Assembly (NCBI GenBank): GCA_050251055.1
Contig: JBFWNL010000001.1
Span: forward strand, 612,449-676,448
Direction of reading: 5' to 3'
From: Bacteriovoracia bacterium
Lineage (GTDB): Bacteria > Bdellovibrionota > UBA1018 > JBFWNL01
DNA length: 64,000 nt
Within the stretch, counting starts at the first letter, position 1. Every line of letters starts with the position of its first letter. The translations under genes and the position numbers were made by a program. Shown one piece after another: positions 46,466 to 53,596 of the stretch. The notes beneath the pieces are model-generated. The model was not told the origin of the DNA. It worked only from the letters and a program-made list of their open reading frames with translations, and made no database searches.

Positions 46466-47404
46466 TTAGCGCAGGCCCTTGGTCTTTAAAAACGCGATCA
46501 ATGCTTCCGGGTCATCGGAAATGATCCCATCCACCCCGGCCGAAAGCAAGTACTCCCACTCGCGGGAGTCATTCGCCGTCCAAGGGATGACCTGAAGGCC
46601 AGCAGCGTGCAGCTCGCCCACCCATTCCCGGGTCACCCAACCCAGATGCGGAGAGATGATTTCAAACCCGGCTTTTTTGGCGGCGCCGACGACATTAAGC
46701 ATGAAATTCGCCGCCAAAAGGGCCGAGACCCGTTGCTTCGGGGCCTGTCGTTTCACTTCCACAAGGTAAAGATGATTGAAGCATTGCACGACGGTGCGCG
46801 AAGCCATGCCGGCGGCGTCGATCTCCTTCAACAGAAGGCGCGTAAACTCCTTGGCCCCTGGATCCAACCCGGGCAGGGCCGGTACCGTCTTCATTTCTAC
46901 GTTAAACTGCACCCGCTTGGCCTGGGGCAAGGCCGAGGTTTTCACCAAATCGAAGACCTCCCGAAGGGTCGGAATCCGCTCTCCGGCGATGCGCTTCTGC
47001 CGAGGAAATTTCGGGTTAGGCACGCTACCGCAGTCATACTGCTTCACCTGCTCCAAAGTGAGCGTACGGATCGCAATCGGAGCCGCAGGCTTCTGACCGG
47101 CGGAGTCCACGCAGAGCTCGGGAGTGATGAACTGTTCGTGCGAGACGACTACCACGCCATCTTTCGTGACGTTGGTGTCGAGCTCTAAGGTTTCAACTCC
47201 GAGTTCAAGCGCGTAACGAAACGCGGCCAAGGTATTTTCCGGCATGACGGCGCGAGCGCCGCGATGGCCCTGCACCTCGATCTTCCGCGGGGTTGAGCCT
47301 TGAACGCTCGCCGGCGCGGCGATCACCACGAACAAGCTGAGGTACCAGTTAAACCGAACGGAGAAAGACCCGCAAAAAAATCCCTTAAACGCCGTGTAAT
47401 TCAT
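46466..47404 (-). CDS. Glycerophosphodiester phosphodiesterase (GDPD family), secreted.
   Basis: HRGARAVMPENTLAAFRYALELGVETLELDTNVTKDGVVVVSHE is the GDPD active-site region. A signal peptide is present. Confidence 0.8.
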   Translation of the reverse strand: MNYTAFKGFFCGSFSVRFNWYLSLFVVIAAPASVQGSTPRKIEVQGHRGARAVMPENTLAAFRYALELGVETLELDTNVTKDGVVVVSHEQFITPELCVDSAGQKPAAPIAIRTLTLEQVKQYDCGSVPNPKFPRQKRIAGERIPTLREVFDLVKTSALPQAKRVQFNVEMKTVPALPGLDPGAKEFTRLLLKEIDAAGMASRTVVQCFNHLYLVEVKRQAPKQRVSALLAANFMLNVVGAAKKAGFEIISPHLGWVTREWVGELHAAGLQVIPWTANDSREWEYLLSAGVDGIISDDPEALIAFLKTKGLR

Positions 47405-47494
47405 TGGGGGGCAATATGGATGGGGAGGAGAAGGAATTCAAGTTAGGAATGAGTGGGGGCCGTGAACTGCTCCTCGCGTCTCTCGAAAGGCAGA

Positions 47495-47516
47495 CTTGGA
47501 ATCTCGCGATTCCAAG
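47495..47516. promoter_or_regulatory. 22-bp perfect palindrome (candidate dimeric-regulator operator), ~90 bp upstream of the GDPD gene start.
   Basis: CTTGGAATCTCGCGATTCCAAG is identical to its own reverse complement. Confidence 0.4.
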
Positions 47517-47748
47517 GGTGGTGGGCTTCAAGCGACCGATTCTTTTGAAGGAACCGGTCGTTAGATGAGGAGTGAAGAGGTATCGATGGAGGGTGACCTT
47601 CCGAAAGACTCTTCACTAGCCTTCCACTCATTCCTGATCCCTCACTAGAGCAGGCGGGGTGCCAACTCCGCCAATTGGAGAAACAAGCACTTAGCCGGGG
47701 CACGGAAACCAGGCACCGGGGTCGAGGGCGACACATTCACGCGGAAAG

Positions 47749-47780
47749 GCCGCACCCGGTTTTCACGCCCGGTGCGGCCT
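47749..47780 (-). terminator. GC-rich hairpin immediately downstream of the repeat-protein gene stop (terminator candidate).
   Basis: GGCCGCACC-CGGTTTTCACGCCC-GGTGCGGCC has a 9-bp stem. It is followed by a weak T-tract on the minus strand (CTTTCC) and a T-rich stretch on the plus strand. Confidence 0.3.
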
Positions 47781-47808
47781 CCTTATAATACCCCTCTTTT
47801 TCTCAAGC

Positions 47809-48717
47809 CTAGTAGCAGTACCCTCCCGCCCGCAGATTATTCATCTTGTTCAAGGCGTTCGTGAGGTTATCATCGGCGTCGACGATTTCATTGCCGATGG
47901 CGATTCGGTTATTCCATGAGTATCCGCGATAAGCGCCGCCCCCTAAGAGCTGGCAGGCACCGCGAGCTTGCACGCGGCAGACTCCGGCCTGTTCTAGCTT
48001 ACCGACGATCGATTCGATGGAGCTCATCGAATCGGCGGCAGCGACCTGCGCCCCGCCCACGCTCACGCGGAAGTTGTAGTTGTAGCTGCCGTGCGTACCG
48101 ACGCCCGAGAGCGTACAGGCTTCGACAACCGTCGTGCAAACCCGCGCGGCTTCCAAATCACGCAGCTTGCTGAGCGCGGTGTCGAGGCTGTCCGCAGCGG
48201 CTAACGACGACCCATTCACGAGAATACGGTAGTTGTAATTGTACCCATTGTGAACGCCAGGACCCACTAGCTCGCATTGGTTCACGCGAGGAGGATACGG
48301 GCCAGGCGAAGGCGGATATGGTCCGGGGATAGGGGGAGTCGGGCCATAGTTGTCCAACTCCGCCTGGGCCTCTCTCAGTAAATCTTGGATGCGGGCCGAT
48401 TGGGCTCCGCTTAGGCGGTGACCGCGCTGGCGTAGATCGCGCGCCAAATCTTCGGCTTTGGCCGCCAAGGCTTGGGCCGGCCCACCCGAAGGCGGTAGGT
48501 GCGGCACCGGACGACCGGGGTTGCCGGGGCCCGAGCCGGGGTAACCCGGAGTCGTGACGGGAGGGCGTCCGATCCAACCACTCACCGGAGGATCCGCCAA
48601 GGCCAGCTGAGAAACCCCCGAAGCGACCATCACGGCGCCCGCGACGATGGCTTTCGTTGAGATTCCCCAGGCATTTTTCCTCGAAAAGATAGACGTGTTC
48701 ATTGGATAGTCCTCCAC
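47809..48717 (-). CDS. Secreted protein with a Pro-rich N-terminal region and three tandem 47-aa Cys-bounded repeats.
   Basis: Signal peptide. PGYPGSGPGNPGRP / PPIPGPYPPSPGPYPP segments. Repeats C148-C194, C201-C247 and C255-C301 share the pattern C.L.G.G.H.GYNYN(Y/F)R..V.G...AAADS......K.......VC. Confidence 0.65.
   Translation of the reverse strand: MEDYPMNTSIFSRKNAWGISTKAIVAGAVMVASGVSQLALADPPVSGWIGRPPVTTPGYPGSGPGNPGRPVPHLPPSGGPAQALAAKAEDLARDLRQRGHRLSGAQSARIQDLLREAQAELDNYGPTPPIPGPYPPSPGPYPPRVNQCELVGPGVHNGYNYNYRILVNGSSLAAADSLDTALSKLRDLEAARVCTTVVEACTLSGVGTHGSYNYNFRVSVGGAQVAAADSMSSIESIVGKLEQAGVCRVQARGACQLLGGGAYRGYSWNNRIAIGNEIVDADDNLTNALNKMNNLRAGGYCY
47812..48276 (-). repeat. Three ~160-bp diverged tandem coding repeats inside the 47809..48717 gene.
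   Basis: The period is ~53-54 codons at the protein level. Each unit begins and ends with Cys. Confidence 0.55.
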
Positions 48718-48886
48718 TCTTGATTCAGTTTGTTTTTGATTTCACACTCGCGGATTTCAGGTCCGCCCTAACTCCGGACCGGCACTAGTGCAACGGCGGT
48801 GCCAAGCGCGTAAAAGCGCTCATCGGCGTTTTAAGCGAGTTTACCTCAGAGTTCCGGCGCCCGCCGGTGCCAAGGTGAGACCAATT

Positions 48887-50473
48887 CTAGATATTCGAAA
48901 CGATCCGGAGGGTCTGGCCGGTGTAAATGCGGTCGCGGTGGAGGCGATTTGCCTTCCGAATGACGCCGACCGTAACGCCGAATTTCTTGGCAATGGCCGC
49001 CAGGCTGTCACCCGACTTCACGCGATATTTGGTAAGAGCCGCACGATGATACGACTTCTTCACGATCCGTAGCGTCTGCCCGGCGTAGATTTGGCTGGAT
49101 TTCAGCCCATTGATGCGCTTGAGATAAGCCACCGACAGGTGCGTACGACGGGAAAGCTGGGAAAGCGTCTCTCCTCTTTTGACCTGTACGGTGTGCGCGA
49201 TTCGCGCACGATCGATCGAGGGTTCGCGACGCGCACGCAGCCCGCTCAAGCGGTAAGAGGCCAACCTCGTAACGATACGATCCACGGCCGCCTTTTTTTC
49301 CTGTGGCACCCAGATCTCGTATTTCTTCGATTGCGGCGAGGTCACTCCCCGCACGAGATGCGGATTCACCCGCTCTAGCTCCCCGCGCGGAATTTTCGCC
49401 AGGCGTGAAACGTCGCTCAAGCGCACCGGCGATGGAACCTCCACCGCCTCTAAGTCTGGGTAGCTTTCCGCCTTGATGTCACCGAAGCCGAACATATCGG
49501 GATTACGGCCGATGATCACGGCGGCCAAGAATTTAGGCACGTAATCGGCGGTTTCGGCCGGGATGAAACCCCGCTGAGCGAGTGTCCAATAGTCTCGCGT
49601 GCGGCCACGACGAATTGCTCCATTCACCCGACCGGGCCCGGCGTTATAAGCCGCCATGGCCAGGTACCAAGACTGATAATTTTCGTACAAGTCACGCAGG
49701 TGCTTGGCGGCAGCCTCGGTAGCACGAATGGGGTCTTTGCGTTCATCCACGTAGTAGTTCGACTCTAGCCCATAGGTCTTGCCGGTGGCGCGCATGAACT
49801 GCCAAACGCCGACGGCACTCGCGTGCGAGAGCGCATGCGTGTGGAACCCACTCTCAATCAAGGCGAGATAATAAAGCTCGGCCGGCACGTTGTTTTCCTC
49901 GAGGATGTTCTCGACCACTTCGCGGTATTTTTCTCCGCGATAAAGAAAACGGGTGAAGCGCTCGCGATCCTTCACCGTAAAGTAGTGGATCCACTTGCGG
50001 ACCTGCTGGTTCACCTCGACCGGAATCTCGGCGAACTTGCGCCCGCCCTTCCCGTTCCCCTTTTCCTCTTCGATGCGGCCCAGCTCCTTGGCGGCGGTGG
50101 TGGCCGACTCGTCGCTAGCCTCCGTCGATTCGTCCTCCTCTACGCTGGGCTGATCTTGAAGTTTGGTGTTCGTAGCGAGGATCTCCTCGACCAGAACCTT
50201 GGACTGCATGTCTTTAGTAGTTTCCTGGGTAGCACCTGAGGCGGCGTCTCCCGTCGATTCGGATGCGGGCTTAAGCGGAGTACTCGCGCAACCGGCGGCC
50301 AAAAGGCAAAGCATGGCTCTAAAAGGGATTTTAGACAGGCTCATTCTCCTCCATGAGAAACGCTTGGCCAAACCCTTCGTGGATTTGGGGTCTAGTCTTT
50401 TAGTATGACGGGGCCCTCTAGAAATGGCAACCTGCGAAAAATTTGACTGCTCCCTTACCCCATACGAACCCAC
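48887..50473 (-). CDS. mltD: Membrane-bound lytic murein transglycosylase (MltD-like) with C-terminal LysM domains.
   Basis: SLT motif LALIESGFHTHALSHASAVGVWQFM. C-terminal LysM-like repeats (...YTVKRGETLSQLS..., ...YRVKSGDSLAAIAKKFGV...). Confidence 0.75.
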   Translation of the reverse strand: MGSYGVREQSNFSQVAISRGPRHTKRLDPKSTKGLAKRFSWRRMSLSKIPFRAMLCLLAAGCASTPLKPASESTGDAASGATQETTKDMQSKVLVEEILATNTKLQDQPSVEEDESTEASDESATTAAKELGRIEEEKGNGKGGRKFAEIPVEVNQQVRKWIHYFTVKDRERFTRFLYRGEKYREVVENILEENNVPAELYYLALIESGFHTHALSHASAVGVWQFMRATGKTYGLESNYYVDERKDPIRATEAAAKHLRDLYENYQSWYLAMAAYNAGPGRVNGAIRRGRTRDYWTLAQRGFIPAETADYVPKFLAAVIIGRNPDMFGFGDIKAESYPDLEAVEVPSPVRLSDVSRLAKIPRGELERVNPHLVRGVTSPQSKKYEIWVPQEKKAAVDRIVTRLASYRLSGLRARREPSIDRARIAHTVQVKRGETLSQLSRRTHLSVAYLKRINGLKSSQIYAGQTLRIVKKSYHRAALTKYRVKSGDSLAAIAKKFGVTVGVIRKANRLHRDRIYTGQTLRIVSNI

Positions 50474-50537
50474 CCCCCGTGGCCTATAAAAGTCAGGTAT
50501 GGGGAAAACCTTTACAAATCCCAGCGCTTTAGGGTAT

Positions 50538-50566
50538 TTGCAGGGGCGAACCCGCCAATCTATTTT
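50538..50566 (+). promoter_or_regulatory. Candidate sigma-70-type promoter for rpsT.
   Basis: TTGCAG-17 bp-TATTTT upstream of the Shine-Dalgarno AAGGAG (50584-89) and the ATG at 50595. Confidence 0.25.
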
Positions 50567-50594
50567 TACCCGGCCGGTGTGTTAAGGAGCCGTC

Positions 50595-50915
50595 ATGGCA
50601 AATACTCGTCAGTCCGCGAAACGTTCGCGGCAAGCGCTGAAGCGCCAAACCCGTAACATCGTTATCCGCAGCGAAGCGAAGACCGTCCTGAAGAACGCCC
50701 TCCAGGCGATCCAAAAGAAGGACGTGGAAGCCGCCAAGGCCGCTTACGCCATCGCGGTGAAAACCATGGCAAAAGCCGTGAGCAAGGGCGCCGTTCCCGG
50801 CGGTCGGGCTTCCCGCAAGGTGAGCCGTCTCACCCACTTCGCCATGAAGACGCTGCCCGAAGTGCTGCCCTTCAAGGTGAACACGGTGAAGAAGTCCGCC
50901 GAAGCCCGCAAGTAA
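50595..50915 (+). CDS. rpsT: 30S ribosomal protein S20.
   Basis: MANTRQSAKRSRQALKRQTRNIVIRSEAKTVLK, 106 aa, basic. Strong Shine-Dalgarno sequence. Confidence 0.85.
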   Translation: MANTRQSAKRSRQALKRQTRNIVIRSEAKTVLKNALQAIQKKDVEAAKAAYAIAVKTMAKAVSKGAVPGGRASRKVSRLTHFAMKTLPEVLPFKVNTVKKSAEARK

Positions 50916-50945
50916 GCGCGCCTCGTCCGCTAGCACCAAAATTTC

Positions 50946-51353
50946 TCAAAGCTTTAAAAAGTCGGCGATGACCGGAGGGTAGGTTTTTGTATCCACCGGT
51001 TTCGGCAGGAACCGAAACGGCGCCGTCGACTTCGGCAGCATCCCCATTATCGTCTCTTGGGTCAGGCCCGACATAAGGATAAACGGAAGGCGCGGGTACG
51101 CCTGTTGGCAGTGGCGTAAAAGGTCGATGCCGTTACTGTCGTTCGCGAGCAAGCAATCGGCGATTACGAGGGAAAACTTCTCTCGCGCCAGAAGCTCGCG
51201 CGCGCCCACTACGGTTTCGGTGGCGGTGACCCGGATATTCTTCCGCATGTTCTTGATCACCATCGAGAGCACCAGCCGCGAGGCCTGGTCGTCCTCGACG
51301 ATCAGCACCTGGGGAGCGGTGAATCCAAGACGGGTTTTAAGCCAATTCAACAT
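50946..51353 (-). CDS. Single-domain response regulator (CheY-like receiver).
   Basis: QVLIVEDDQASRLVL...LVIADCLL...ILMSG is a receiver fold. I place the start at the internal MLNWLK to avoid overlap with the upstream gene. Confidence 0.6.
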   Translation of the reverse strand: MLNWLKTRLGFTAPQVLIVEDDQASRLVLSMVIKNMRKNIRVTATETVVGARELLAREKFSLVIADCLLANDSNGIDLLRHCQQAYPRLPFILMSGLTQETIMGMLPKSTAPFRFLPKPVDTKTYPPVIADFLKL

Positions 51354-51390
51354 GCCTCGATTGTAACGCTTGCCCCCGCTCGCGACAACC

Positions 51391-51981
51391 TCAGGCTTGC
51401 GTGTAAGGGGCGCATTCCCACCGCTCGAGCGGCTTTGAGAAACGATAAACATCCCCATGCGCGAACGCAACGCATGCTCCGACATTCAGTAATTTCTGTA
51501 GAACCTGCCCAACCATCAAATGCCCCACGAGGAGAGCCGGATGGGCGAGATCCAGGACCTTGCTCAAGCCTTCGCTCACTCGGTGCTCGAAAGCATCCAA
51601 CGACTCGCCACCCGGGATAATCGCGGGAGCTTCGGACAGGCCCGGCGCAGACGCGACGGGTTTCCCTTCCCACTGGCCAAAGTGCCGTTCGGAAAAATGC
51701 GGAAGCGCCCGCATCTTCACGTGGAGCATGTCGTGCGCGAAGTCCGCGCTTTGCATCGATCGCAGCAGCGTGCTGCTGAAGATCGTTTTTATCTTTTGAG
51801 GATTTTTGGCGAACGCCCGCGTGGTCGCCCGTCGGATCTGCTCCTTCCCCTCATCACTCAATCCAAGGTCGCTTCCCCCGCCGCAGACTAAGCCACGGGC
51901 ATGCGCCTCGGTTGCGCCGGCGCGCATGAAGTAAAACCCCGGCGTACCTTGTTGCTGTTTACGTTTCATTTTCCACCTCAC
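51391..51981 (-). CDS. Histidine-phosphatase (phosphoglycerate-mutase-like) family protein. The RHG motif reads RAG, so it may be inactive.
   Basis: FYFMRAGATEAH sits at the position of the LxRHGET motif. Downstream SERHFGQWEG and GH motifs are retained. The start is GTG. Confidence 0.5.
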   Translation of the reverse strand: MRWKMKRKQQQGTPGFYFMRAGATEAHARGLVCGGGSDLGLSDEGKEQIRRATTRAFAKNPQKIKTIFSSTLLRSMQSADFAHDMLHVKMRALPHFSERHFGQWEGKPVASAPGLSEAPAIIPGGESLDAFEHRVSEGLSKVLDLAHPALLVGHLMVGQVLQKLLNVGACVAFAHGDVYRFSKPLERWECAPYTQA

Positions 51982-52160
51982 TCGTTACACACTCGAACTG
52001 ACTCTCGGGTCAGCCACTAGAGCAAGAGGGATGCCGGGAAAAACGGGGAGGTTTCAGGATTTTCAGAGTCACCTTGGCGCTGATCGCGCGCCCAGTTAGG
52101 TCAAATGGTAACTGATCGGTCGTTCAGGTTACTAATGGTTACTTAGAGTTGCCGTCCGGC

Positions 52161-52751
52161 TTAGCGGTGATTTCGCACTTCGGAAATCGTGGCGAGCGCG
52201 ATCAACTGGAGCCCGAGCTCGCGGAACTTCTCGGCGCCGCCCTGCTCGCGATCGACGATAGTCAGAACCGCCGTCGGGCGATAACCCGCTTCGCGCAGGC
52301 GCTCGATCGCCTTCACGCTCGAACCGCCGGTGGTGACCACATCCTCCAATACGAGCACGGGCATACCTTCGCGGAGGTTCTCCGTCCCTTCGATGAACTT
52401 CGAGGTACCGTGCGCCTTGGCTTCTTTACGCACGATAAAAGCGGGCCACTCCAGGCCGGCTTCGCGCGCCGCGAGCGAAACCGCAGTCGCGATCGGGTCC
52501 GCCCCCAACGTGAGTCCCCCCACCGCTTCCACCGGTAGGCCGAGCTCCTGAACACGGGCCACCGCGAGCTGTCCCAACAAGTAGGCCCCTTCCGGATGGA
52601 GGGTCGTGGGTTTTAGGTCGATGTAAAAAGTGCTCTTCTGCCCGGAGGCGAGGGTAAAGTCACCCTCCCGGTAGCTGCGCCGACGAATGAGCTCGATCAG
52701 CTGGGATTTAAGATGTGATGTATTTTTCGATGGCTTTAGTGGCGTCGGCAT
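52161..52751 (-). CDS. pyrE: Orotate phosphoribosyltransferase.
   Basis: REGDFTLASGQKSTFYIDLK and PRPP-binding VLVLEDVVTTGGS. Confidence 0.85.
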   Translation of the reverse strand: MPTPLKPSKNTSHLKSQLIELIRRRSYREGDFTLASGQKSTFYIDLKPTTLHPEGAYLLGQLAVARVQELGLPVEAVGGLTLGADPIATAVSLAAREAGLEWPAFIVRKEAKAHGTSKFIEGTENLREGMPVLVLEDVVTTGGSSVKAIERLREAGYRPTAVLTIVDREQGGAEKFRELGLQLIALATISEVRNHR

Positions 52752-53595
52752 TGAGCTTTTCGAAACGGAAGCTGAAACCCCGTCCGTCCTCCAAAACTCG
52801 AACTACCACACCTTCCGCCACAAAGGGATCAAAATGGTTTTCTTCCGTGGGCGTCACGTTCATGCGCACCCGGGTGCCGATCGGGCCGGGAGGCTTTTCG
52901 GTGAGGATCTGCATGCCGCCGACGCTGATGTCGCGGCACACCCCGACCATGATGCCGTCTTGATGCGCGAGCATGATGCGCGCCACCATGGGTTTGCGCG
53001 GGGTACTGCGTAAGTCAATGGTTCGATCGCCAGGAGCGCGGGGTTGTTCCAGTTCCACGGTAATGGTCTCCTCTCCGGAAGCGGCGAGCTTCTTCACGAT
53101 GCCCTTAAAGTCCTCGATCTCTTTCAGTCGGTGCCAGCCGTCCATGCCATCTCGCCAGGCGTGCACGCGGCCGTTAATTTTTCCAATCTTAAGGTAACGC
53201 TCCACCTCGGAAAGAGAAAACGGCCCGTACTGGCTATGATTGAAATACAGGAACCAATCGCGCGGCTCGACTTCCAACGTATCGGCCGATTCGGCCTTCT
53301 TTACCTTGGGTTTAGGCTTGGCCGCATCTGCCTGCTCCTTCGCGCGCGCCGAAGCTTTCGTCTTCACCGCGCTCCCCGGCTCCGCCGGCGCTAAATCACG
53401 GAAAGTAGGGCAATCGCAAATGCGCACCCAGGCGCCCTTCGGTCCCTTCCAGATAAAGTGCCCCCAGCTCAACTCGTGACTCTCAATCCGGCGTAAAACC
53501 TCTTTCGAAGTCAGCGGCCCGCTGAGCTGCTCGCCAGCCGCGACGTACCAGTGCGGTGTCGAATCGTCGAGGATGCGATCGCCCGTATTCTCCAC
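52708..53595 (-). CDS. Tandem GYF-like (DUF4339-type) domains fused to a C-terminal PilZ domain; candidate c-di-GMP effector.
   Basis: HWYVAAGEQLSGPLTSKEVLRRIESHELSWGHFIWKGPKGAWVRI and DWFLYFNHSQYGPFSLSEVERYLKIGKINGRVHAWRDGMDGWHRL are two W.Y....GP.....L..........W..G...W units. The PilZ motifs are RSTPR...(22 aa)...DISVGG. Confidence 0.65.
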   Translation of the reverse strand: MENTGDRILDDSTPHWYVAAGEQLSGPLTSKEVLRRIESHELSWGHFIWKGPKGAWVRICDCPTFRDLAPAEPGSAVKTKASARAKEQADAAKPKPKVKKAESADTLEVEPRDWFLYFNHSQYGPFSLSEVERYLKIGKINGRVHAWRDGMDGWHRLKEIEDFKGIVKKLAASGEETITVELEQPRAPGDRTIDLRSTPRKPMVARIMLAHQDGIMVGVCRDISVGGMQILTEKPPGPIGTRVRMNVTPTEENHFDPFVAEGVVVRVLEDGRGFSFRFEKLNADATKAIEKYITS

Positions 53596-53596
53596 C

